From NCBI RefSeq assembly GCF_003324675.1, contig NZ_CP030918.1, positions 3,060,001 through 3,092,000 of the forward strand: a stretch of 32,000 nucleotides of DNA, written 5' to 3'. This document shows, one piece after another, positions 24,061 to 30,950 of this stretch. The number at the start of each line of letters is the position of its first letter. The first letter of the stretch is position 1. A program made the position numbers and the translations under genes. This DNA is from Paracoccus suum. Its GTDB lineage: Bacteria > Pseudomonadota > Alphaproteobacteria > Rhodobacterales > Rhodobacteraceae. Below the pieces are notes generated by a model. It saw nothing but the letters and a program-made list of their open reading frames with translations, was not told the origin of the DNA and made no database searches.

Positions 24061-24776
24061 TCATCGCTCCGGCCCCGGCGAGGACCGGTCGCCTGACGCC
24101 CTCTGTTCGTTGAGCTTGCGGACCATCACGGCCTCGATCTCGGGCAGGCATTCGGCAGCGATCAGCGGATCGACCCCGAGCGCCCGCGCCACGGCGAGCG
24201 CCGCCGTCATGTCCCAGCCGAGCACCGTGGCGCCGCCCACCCCGGTCGCGATGCGAAGCTGTCCGGTCAGGCGCTGCGCCAGATCCCAGACCTGCCAGCC
24301 TTCGAGGGTTTGCGGCCGGTTCAGGCGCGCCGGGCAGTCCGGGCACGAGGCCCCGCCGCCCTCGCAGGGCTCGCAGGCTTTGCAATAGGCGTCGCCCCCG
24401 CCGAAGTGCCAGTCTGCGAGGGCGCGGAGGCGTTTTTTTCCTGCTCCAGCATCAGATGCGGTGCGAGGCAGCGGGTTTGGAAGGCCTCGAAGATGGGCCA
24501 GATGTCGAGAAGCGCGTCGATGCCTTCGGGGCTGACGGGGACGGGACTGCCGCTTGCATCACCGACGCCCTCCCAGCCGGTGACCACGCGGCGAGCGACG
24601 GCCTTCGCCATCACCAGTGCCTGTTCCTCCCTGCTTGCCTCTTCGGGGAGTGCTTCCACTGCCGGATCGTTGCGGGCGGCGACCATGATCGCGGTGGTGA
24701 TGGGCAGGACGTGCAGACGCAGGCCATGGCCGAGGTCGAGCCATTTCGGCTCGCTGGAAAGATCGAGACGGATCAT
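24061..24776 (-). CDS. Tail assembly chaperone -1 frameshift fusion product (gpGT analogue, about 238 aa)
   Basis: Slippery heptamer A_AAA_AAC in the zero frame at 24438..24432. The -1 frame then stays open for 123 codons to TGA at 24063..24061 and reads protein-like (RLRALADWHFGGGDAYCKACEPCEGGGASCPDCPARLNRPQTLEGWQVWDLAQRLTGQLRIATGVGGATVLGWDMTAALAVARALGVDPLIAAECLPEIEAVMVRKLNEQ...). It has no start codon of its own, so it is absent from the ORF track. Confidence 0.6.
24321..24776 (-). CDS. Tail assembly chaperone, zero-frame product (gpG analogue)
   Basis: 151 aa from ATG 24776, 2 nt after the tail-tube stop. Acidic protein located between the tail tube and tape measure genes. Confidence 0.75.
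   Translation of the reverse strand: MIRLDLSSEPKWLDLGHGLRLHVLPITTAIMVAARNDPAVEALPEEASREEQALVMAKAVARRVVTGWEGVGDASGSPVPVSPEGIDALLDIWPIFEAFQTRCLAPHLMLEQEKNASAPSQTGTSAGATPIAKPASPARAAGPRARTARRA
24432..24438 (-). other. Programmed -1 ribosomal frameshift slippery site (A AAA AAC)
   Basis: Run of 7 T on the plus strand (24433-24439). I checked the codon phase against ORF 24321..24818: AAA is 24437..24435 and AAC is 24434..24432. Confidence 0.6.
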
Positions 24777-24778
24777 GG

Positions 24779-25723
24779 TCAGTATTCCTCGATGTCGTTG
24801 ATGAGAGTGACGGTGCACATCCGTCCCAGCGTGGCGTCGCGTGCGGCCTGCCAGTCGAAGCTGGCCTGAATGCCCTGCGGCCCGCCGATCTCGATGCGCG
24901 GGCGCGGCAGATAGACGGCGTGGACGGTGAGGGTGAGGCTCTCGCCGGAAATGAGCGTCCAGGAGAACTCCAGCTCGCAGGGCGTGCCGCTGATCGCCTG
25001 GCTGACGAGCGTGCTGTCGGCGAAGCGCACCTCGGTGCGACCGGTGAGCGCGGCGATCGAGGGATCGGCGCCGTCGATCATGCCGTCCGCGCGGATGGTC
25101 TCGATCCGGTCGAGATTGTTGGCATAGGTGATCTCGGTCGAGATCACGTTGCCGAGCGCGCTGCCGTCGCGTTTGATCGAGCCGTTGAAGTGACCGAAAC
25201 GGGTCAGATCGATCTCGGCCGGCGTTCCCGCGCCGCTGGTCGTGGCGACCGTCTCGCCTTGCGCTACCAGCCGCGCGGTGGCGGTGAGCAATCCCGAGCG
25301 CTGCATCTGCCAGCTGAGCTGGTCCAGCACCACGCCGGAATACATCGCATAGCGCGGCACCTCGGGCATGGCGGTCTCGATCGCCAGGCTGGGCAGCGCC
25401 CAGCTGCCGGACTGGAAGGTATGGGTATATGGACCGGGCGAGCTTCCGGTGGTGGTCGGCGCACCGAAGGCCGCCTTCAGCCAGAAGCCGAAGGCCTCGG
25501 CGTCGATCGGCACCACGACGTCGCCGTCGGCCGTGACCGCGTCTTTGATCGGCGCCAGCGGATCGCGACCGTAGCCGAGCAATTCCGAGTTCAGCAGCGG
25601 CTGCTCCGCCCCGAGCGTCGTGCTGGCGAAGGGCATCCGGGTGAAACCGCTGGCCGGCGGCGTGCCGTAGGTCGTCTCGAACGCGAGCGCCATCCGCGCC
25701 CGCGCCCCTTGCGCGCGTGCCAT
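24779..25723 (-). CDS. Major tail tube protein (gpV analogue)
   Basis: 314 aa, beta-rich, no TM. Lies between the U-like terminator gene and the chaperone pair. The N-terminus MALAFETTYGTPPASGF..MPF resembles phage tail tube protein families. Confidence 0.7.
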   Translation of the reverse strand: MARAQGARARMALAFETTYGTPPASGFTRMPFASTTLGAEQPLLNSELLGYGRDPLAPIKDAVTADGDVVVPIDAEAFGFWLKAAFGAPTTTGSSPGPYTHTFQSGSWALPSLAIETAMPEVPRYAMYSGVVLDQLSWQMQRSGLLTATARLVAQGETVATTSGAGTPAEIDLTRFGHFNGSIKRDGSALGNVISTEITYANNLDRIETIRADGMIDGADPSIAALTGRTEVRFADSTLVSQAISGTPCELEFSWTLISGESLTLTVHAVYLPRPRIEIGGPQGIQASFDWQAARDATLGRMCTVTLINDIEEY

Positions 25724-25747
25724 GTTCGTCTCCTGTTGTCGGTTGGG

Positions 25748-26167
25748 TCAGGCCAGTTGGTCGGCCGTCGAATAGTGCAGCACCACCGGGATGACGGCCG
25801 CCTTCAGGCTGGCCGCGCCATCGACCGGCAGATCGACCGCCTGCGGGGCTTCGGCCTCGACCCAGTCGCAGAGGCCGCCGAGTGTGCGGTCGGCTGCGAG
25901 CGCCGTGCCGATGCTGGCGCAGAGGGCGTCGAAGGTGGCGTCACGATCGGCGCCTTGTACGACCGCCTCGATCTCGGCCCGGTGCTGGTAGTGGTAGCGC
26001 AGGGGCGACAGCGTCACCTCGGGCTCGCCGGGATCACCGTCGCGCAGGATCAGCAGCCCTTCGGCCGGGACGCGCTCGGGCAGCACCTCGCCGCGCAGGG
26101 CGGTGGGGGGCAACGCCGAGAGCCGCACATGCAGTGCGGCGAGGATGGTCTCGCGGGCGGTAGGCAT
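25748..26167 (-). CDS. Tail terminator / tail completion protein (gpU-like)
   Basis: 139 aa. Position and size match lambda gpU. N-terminus RETILAALHVRLSAL. GAGGGA RBS retained upstream. Confidence 0.55.
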   Translation of the reverse strand: MPTARETILAALHVRLSALPPTALRGEVLPERVPAEGLLILRDGDPGEPEVTLSPLRYHYQHRAEIEAVVQGADRDATFDALCASIGTALAADRTLGGLCDWVEAEAPQAVDLPVDGAASLKAAVIPVVLHYSTADQLA

Positions 26168-26282
26168 TCCAATCCCTCTTACGTTCTGACCCCGCCGAGC
26201 CAGCCAAGCTGTTGTACTGTCTCGCAGGATCGCCGATCATCACGACAACACCTTCATCTCTCCGTATTCGCGACCCGCCCGA

Positions 26283-26303
26283 CGGTTCAACCGATGCGAA
26301 CCG
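26283..26303 (+). promoter_or_regulatory. Candidate operator: inverted repeat CGGTTC-N9-GAACCG, 14 nt upstream of the cargo transporter ATG
   Basis: cggttcaaccgatgcgaaccg, in the lower-GC 149-nt divergent gap between the U-like phage gene and the transporter gene. Confidence 0.25.
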
Positions 26304-26316
26304 ACAGGATTTCTGA

Positions 26317-27273
26317 ATGACGCGCCTCGATCTTGAGCGGCAACAGGTCTGGATCTATCTTGCCGCCATCCTGGCAGGGCTGGGCTTGGGTCTGGTGCTG
26401 CCGGGGGCCGCCGCACATCTCGAGGCGGCGCTCTGGCCGCTTCTCGGCATCCTGATTTTCGTGACCTTCACGCAGGTGCCGCTGATCCATCTGCCGGAGG
26501 CGTTCCGCGACCGGCGCTTCATGGGGGCGATGCTCGCGGGCAACTTCGTGATCGTTCCGCTGATTGTGGCGGGGCTGCTGTTGTTCCTGCCCCAGGATCC
26601 GGCGGTCCGGCTGGGTGTTCTCCTCGTGCTGCTCGTCCCCTGCACGGACTGGTACATCACCTTCACTCATCTGGCGGGGGGCGATGCCGGCCGTGCGATC
26701 GCCGCCACGCCGGTGAACCTGATCGTGCAGATGGCATTGCTGCCCGTCTACCTGTGGTTGTTCATGGGCACGGCCTTCCTGGAGATCTTCGCGGTCGGAC
26801 CCATCGTGACCGTTTTCCTGACGCTGATCGTGGCGCCGCTGGTGGCGGCATGGGCCCTCGAGCGATGGGCCGAGGCCCGATCCGGCCGGGACGCGCTGAT
26901 CGAGCGTCTTGCCTGGTTCCCGGTACCGCTGCTTGCGCTGGTCGTCTTTCTGATCGCAGCAAGCCAGGTGCAATCGGTGACCGCCTCCCTTCCGGTCTTG
27001 CCGCAGGTGACGGGCGTGTTCGTCGGCTTCCTCGTGCTCGCCCTGTTCGCAGGACTTGCGATAACACGGGCGCTAGATCTCCCGGCGCGATCAGGACGCG
27101 CGCTGGTGTTCAGCCTTGGCACACGCAATTCCTTCGTCGTGCTGCCGCTGGCGCTGGCCCTGCCGCCGGAGTGGCGGCTGGCCATCGTGGTCATCGTGTT
27201 TCAGTCACTCGTCGAACTGTTGGGCGTGCTGGTGTACCTCAAGGCGGTGCCGCGTCTTCTGCCCGAAAGATAA
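26317..27273 (+). CDS. ACR3/BASS-superfamily transporter of the type usually annotated 'arsenic resistance protein', cargo gene inside the phage late operon
   Basis: 318 aa, about 10 TM helices. The N-terminus LERQQVWIYLAAILAGLGLGLVLPG parallels the ACR3 N-terminus at 1-169 ([25 protein letters not shown]). Contains VPCTDWYITFTHLAGGD. AGGA RBS. Confidence 0.8.
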   Translation: MTRLDLERQQVWIYLAAILAGLGLGLVLPGAAAHLEAALWPLLGILIFVTFTQVPLIHLPEAFRDRRFMGAMLAGNFVIVPLIVAGLLLFLPQDPAVRLGVLLVLLVPCTDWYITFTHLAGGDAGRAIAATPVNLIVQMALLPVYLWLFMGTAFLEIFAVGPIVTVFLTLIVAPLVAAWALERWAEARSGRDALIERLAWFPVPLLALVVFLIAASQVQSVTASLPVLPQVTGVFVGFLVLALFAGLAITRALDLPARSGRALVFSLGTRNSFVVLPLALALPPEWRLAIVVIVFQSLVELLGVLVYLKAVPRLLPER

Positions 27274-27322
27274 GCAAGCTATGTTGGGAAATCGAGCGGA
27301 ACCCCTCGCCAGAAGCAATGCA

Positions 27323-27541
27323 ATGACCGATCAACAACCGATTCTCATCAGTACCATCGCGTGTCCGGACTGCGGTTACTCGAAAAGCGAGACCATGCCG
27401 ACAGAGGCATGCCAGTGGTTCTATGAGTGCGCGGGTTGCGGTAAGCTGCTGAAGCCGAAGCCCGGCGATTGCTGTGTCTATTGCTCTTGGGGCACCGTCC
27501 CCTGTCCTCCGATCCAGGCAGGCAAGGGATGCTGCGGCTGA
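27323..27541 (+). CDS. GDCCVxC-motif small Cys-rich metal-binding protein
   Basis: 72 aa. CPDCG...CAGCG zinc-ribbon-like pairs and the C-terminal KPGDCCVYCSWGTVPCPP motif. Lies 50 nt after the transporter stop on the same strand. Confidence 0.8.
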   Translation: MTDQQPILISTIACPDCGYSKSETMPTEACQWFYECAGCGKLLKPKPGDCCVYCSWGTVPCPPIQAGKGCCG

Positions 27542-27562
27542 TGGACTGACTGATCAACTCTC

Positions 27563-28192
27563 TCAAACGCGCCCCTCCACCCAGTTCGCCACGATCAGTC
27601 CCGGCACCGCATCGCGCGCCTGCTCCGCGTCCCGCGCGAGGTCCAGCCGCTTCTTCAGCCTGACCTGCGGGACAAGCAGGAAGACCGGCACGGTGGTGAG
27701 CCCCCGGCCGGTCTTCGAGCGCGACGCCACCGCGCGACCCTTGGTGTTCAGCCGCCCCTCGGCAACCAGCAGGCTCGGGCCCCTGCGCCGATAGACGAAG
27801 CGCAGGCGCAATCCGGTGCGGCGCTCCCATTCGCCGGGGGTGATCCGGCCGCCGCGGAGGGACTTGCCGGCCGCGGCCGCGGGGATCGCCAGCCAGAAAC
27901 CGTCCTTCGAGCGGATCAGCGGCCCCGTGTCGTGAGCGCCGACGATGACCGGGGCCTTCGACCAGACCAGCGCGGCGGCGTTCAGGCTGGCCCGGCCTTT
28001 CGGGAACTGCTCGGACCGGATGGTGCGGGCGAGCCGCGCCCCCAGCCCCGCGCCGGTGATCTGGGCGCGCCAGGCGGTCTTCAGCCCTGTGCTGGCCTCG
28101 CGCATTGCGGCGGTCACCGCCTTCTCCCCGGCCAGCGTTTCCGCCTCCATGATCCGGGCGATATCGCCGACGATGTCGACGCCGAGTTTCAT
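27563..28192 (-). CDS. Tail completion protein (gpZ / HK97 gp10-like)
   Basis: 209 aa. ATGA overlap with the FII-like gene. Basic C-terminal half. Size and position match lambda gpZ. Weak by-eye resemblance in the N-terminal helix (AVTAAMREASTGLKTAW). Confidence 0.5.
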   Translation of the reverse strand: MKLGVDIVGDIARIMEAETLAGEKAVTAAMREASTGLKTAWRAQITGAGLGARLARTIRSEQFPKGRASLNAAALVWSKAPVIVGAHDTGPLIRSKDGFWLAIPAAAAGKSLRGGRITPGEWERRTGLRLRFVYRRRGPSLLVAEGRLNTKGRAVASRSKTGRGLTTVPVFLLVPQVRLKKRLDLARDAEQARDAVPGLIVANWVEGRV

Positions 28193-28500
28193 GCAGGCCT
28201 CAGTTCGACTGTCCAGACGAGCCGCTCACGGTCGCGGAGGGGCTCGCCCTGGACGAGGAAAGCCTCGCCGTCGATCTCGATGCGGTCGCCGGGGCGCGGG
28301 TTCGCCACTTCGGAAACGCGCAGATCGATCCGCGTGGTTTCCGACCAGAGCCGCGCGTCACCGAACTCGGTGACCGCATCGGCACGCCGGGCGACGGCGC
28401 GCACCAGAACGGGCGCGCCGCCGTCGGCGATATAGACAGCATCCCGGCCGATGTTCGGATCCGCGAAGAGCGTGTCGACGGCGGCGGCAAAGGCGGACAT
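28189..28500 (-). CDS. Head-tail attachment protein (lambda FII-like)
   Basis: 103 aa. The ATG overlaps the capsid gene stop (ATGA). MSAFAAAVDTLFADPNIG...VRAVARR...LRVSEVANPRPGDRIEIDGEAFLV follows the lambda FII pattern (FDNLFDAAI...VRGVFDD...VRTDEV..LRRGDTLTI..E.FWV). Confidence 0.65.
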   Translation of the reverse strand: MSAFAAAVDTLFADPNIGRDAVYIADGGAPVLVRAVARRADAVTEFGDARLWSETTRIDLRVSEVANPRPGDRIEIDGEAFLVQGEPLRDRERLVWTVELRPA

Positions 28501-29513
28501 CAGGTCCGCCGCGCCGAGCGCAGCACCTGCGGCCGCGTGCAGATCGGCAGCGGATTGCTCTCGATCTCGAGCCTGACCCATTCGTCGCGGTCCCGGTCCG
28601 GGATGGTGCGGGCGTAGAGCGGCAGACCCAGCGTGTTCACCGTCTCGAAGGTGTCGGCGGGAGCGTGATAGATCTCGAAGAGCCCCTCGACGCCTTCGGG
28701 ATAGAAGAAGGCTCTGTCGGTCGGCACGCCGAAGCCCGCGCCACCCCGGTAGCGCCGGAAGGTGATGCCGCCGAAGCTGACCTCGTCGGCCACCCGGCCG
28801 CGCAGATCGGCCGCCGCGGCGGTGTTGAGGTAGGTCTCGCGCACCTCCTTGTGCGCCACCAGATCGGCGAAGAAGGCCGAGCCGCATTCCGCCCGCACCT
28901 GGATCGCGCCTGCAGCCAGGCCGCCCATCGACGCCTCGACGTCTTCGATCAGCGCCTGGCAGCGCTTCCGGAGCGCACCCGAGGCGGGCGAGGCATTGTC
29001 GAGGTCGAAGTCGATCTCGGCGGCGGGCGTGATGCCGAACTCGGTGAAGTAGCTGACCACGGTCGCGCCGTCCTTCGGGTCCTTCACGATGCCCTGAATG
29101 CCGTTCAGCAGGTGGTACTCGAAGGTGGCCTCGGCATCCTGGCGCAGGCGGCCGAGCTTGCGCGCGACCTCGCTCTGCACCTGCTGGGCCGCAGTTTCCG
29201 AGCCGAAGTCGCGGATGCCCTGGATTTCCGAGGCCCAGAGCACGTCCTGCTTCTTGAACTGGCGGCACACGAAGGCGCGCATCTCGCGCCGCTCGGGCAC
29301 CTGGCTCTCGTAGGCCGAGCCGCGTTCGGAGAACGGGATCAGCGACAGCGTGCCGTCGCGGCTCTCGATCACGACGGTGCGGGACCGCACCCCCCGCGGC
29401 GAGAACAGGCCGGCGCCGGACAGGATCGCGGGCCTGAAGGGGATGTTTTCCAGCGCACGGGTCAGTTCGATGATGGTGAAGGCATCGCCTTCGAAGATGT
29501 CCATGGTGGCCAT
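28500..29513 (-). CDS. Major capsid protein, lambda gpE family
   Basis: 337 aa. AGGAGG RBS. MATMDIFEGDAFTIIELTRALENIPFRPAILSGAGLF...VVIESRDGTLSLIPFSERG is the conserved gpE-family N-terminus. Follows a gpD-like gene. Confidence 0.9.
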   Translation of the reverse strand: MATMDIFEGDAFTIIELTRALENIPFRPAILSGAGLFSPRGVRSRTVVIESRDGTLSLIPFSERGSAYESQVPERREMRAFVCRQFKKQDVLWASEIQGIRDFGSETAAQQVQSEVARKLGRLRQDAEATFEYHLLNGIQGIVKDPKDGATVVSYFTEFGITPAAEIDFDLDNASPASGALRKRCQALIEDVEASMGGLAAGAIQVRAECGSAFFADLVAHKEVRETYLNTAAAADLRGRVADEVSFGGITFRRYRGGAGFGVPTDRAFFYPEGVEGLFEIYHAPADTFETVNTLGLPLYARTIPDRDRDEWVRLEIESNPLPICTRPQVLRSARRT

Positions 29514-29539
29514 GGGAATGCCTCCTGCGGGGGTCGGGC

Positions 29540-29905
29540 TCAGCGGACGAGGATGCCTGCGCCCAGAAGGGCAGCGTGGGCGGCGGCGATCTCGGCCTCG
29601 CTGGGCGTGCCGGCGAAGACGAGATCGTGGCGGTTGACGATCGCGGGTCCGCGGACCACGGCGACGGCGAGCGTATCGCCGCCCGACGCGTCGGCCTTGC
29701 CCCAGAGCACCGCGCCGGCGGTCTCGGTGCCGTCGACGGCCGCGGGATCGTGGGCGGCGTATTTGCCGGAGGCGGTGATCCTGCCCAGCACGGTGCCGGG
29801 CTCGAGCGTGCCGGTTGCAACCGTGATGGTCTCGCGGGTGTAGTCGCGGAACGCCTCCCAGACGAGGAAGCCGCCCGCGTGCGTGGTCTCGGTGAGCGTG
29901 GTCAT
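29540..29905 (-). CDS. Head decoration protein (lambda gpD-like)
   Basis: 121 aa, MTTLTETTHAGGFLVWEA...GTVLGRITASGKY...DGTETAGAVLWGKADAS...AVVRGPAIV. Lies between the protease and the capsid gene. Confidence 0.85.
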   Translation of the reverse strand: MTTLTETTHAGGFLVWEAFRDYTRETITVATGTLEPGTVLGRITASGKYAAHDPAAVDGTETAGAVLWGKADASGGDTLAVAVVRGPAIVNRHDLVFAGTPSEAEIAAAHAALLGAGILVR

Positions 29906-29908
29906 GGG

Positions 29909-30946
29909 TCATCCTTTCAGCCTGAAGGTGCGGGCGACGATCTCGCCCCAGGGGCGGGTTCCCGTTGGGCGCCCCGGTTGCGCGTGATGGCCGGCAATCT
30001 CGGGCTCAGCCTCGGCTTTCGCTGCGAGCAGTGCGGCGCGGACGTGATCGAGGTCCGCATCGCTTTCCAGAAAACGCCCGGCCATCTGCGGCTGTCCGGC
30101 CAGCCGGCAGAGATCGACGACGGCGCGGGCGTGCGTGATGGCCTCGGCGCGGATCGCCGCGGGATCGGGCGGTGCGCCGCCGGACGGTGGCGTCTCGGCC
30201 GGCGGGTGTTGGGCGTTCGTCCCGGCGATCTCGTCTTCGCCGGCGCCAGAAGCCTCATCGCTCTCCGCGGCCGCGCCTGTGGCCTCGTCGGCATCGGCGC
30301 CGGCGCCGTCGTTGTCGTCACCGTCGTCGCCGCCGCTGTCGGTTGCAGCCGCGACCGCTTCCGCCAGCGCCGGCGGCGCGTTGCGGAAGCGCGCGAAATC
30401 GAAGCGCGCAGCGATCCGCACCGGTTCGGCAAGCCGGTCGGCAAAGCCGAGCGCCAGCGCCTCGCGCGCATCCAGCCAGGTCTCGGCGGCCATCAGCGCC
30501 GCAATCTCGTCGATCGAGCGGCCGGATTTGGCGGCATAGCCGGCAGCGAGGCTGCCACCCACCTTGTCCAGCGCCTCGGCCATGGCCCGCATGTCGGCGG
30601 CCGTGCCCATCACGAGGCCGGCGGGGTCGTGGATCATCAGGAAGGCATTTTCCGGCATGACGATCTCGTCGCCCGCCATGGCGACATAGGAGGCCGCCGA
30701 GGCGGCGACGCCGTCGATCCAGACGGTGACCGTGCCCGCATGCCGCTTCAGCGCGTTGTGGATCGCCACGGCGTCGAAGACCGAGCCGCCGGGGCTGTTG
30801 AGCCGCAGATCGATGGGCGTGCCCTCGGGCAGCGCGCCGAGTTCCGCAAGGAACCCCTTGGCCGAGACCCCGCAGGCCCCGATCTCGTCATAGATCGCCA
30901 CTTCCGCGCCGGTGGCCCGGGCGCGGATCGCATACCAGCTTGCCAT
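29909..30946 (-). CDS. ClpP/S49-type head maturation protease fused to an acidic, scaffold-like C-terminal half (lambda gpC/Nu3 analogue)
   Basis: 345 aa from ATG 30946 with an AGGAG RBS. LRLNSPGGSVFDAVAIHNAL...IDGVAASAASYVAMAGDEIVMPENAFLMIHDP is a ClpP-fold protease core. An Asp/Gly/Ala-rich low-complexity linker and a helical C-terminus follow. Confidence 0.9.
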   Translation of the reverse strand: MASWYAIRARATGAEVAIYDEIGACGVSAKGFLAELGALPEGTPIDLRLNSPGGSVFDAVAIHNALKRHAGTVTVWIDGVAASAASYVAMAGDEIVMPENAFLMIHDPAGLVMGTAADMRAMAEALDKVGGSLAAGYAAKSGRSIDEIAALMAAETWLDAREALALGFADRLAEPVRIAARFDFARFRNAPPALAEAVAAATDSGGDDGDDNDGAGADADEATGAAAESDEASGAGEDEIAGTNAQHPPAETPPSGGAPPDPAAIRAEAITHARAVVDLCRLAGQPQMAGRFLESDADLDHVRAALLAAKAEAEPEIAGHHAQPGRPTGTRPWGEIVARTFRLKG

Positions 30947-30950
30947 GCTC

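Noticed and set aside
24020-24385. 121-aa minus-strand ORF (MQSLRALRGRRG...)
   Set aside because: It is Arg/Gly-rich. The other frame over the same DNA reads as a normal protein and connects to the chaperone through a canonical slippery heptamer.
21656-24388. 910-aa plus-strand ORF
   Set aside because: It is antisense to the tape measure gene and is Arg/Gly/Ala/Asp junk composition.
28189-29820. 543-aa minus-strand ORF, together with the 470-aa ORF 28500..29912
   Set aside because: These are N-terminally over-extended shadow readings. Only the last 103 codons (FII-like) and the last 337 codons (capsid, from the RBS-preceded ATG 29513) are credible.
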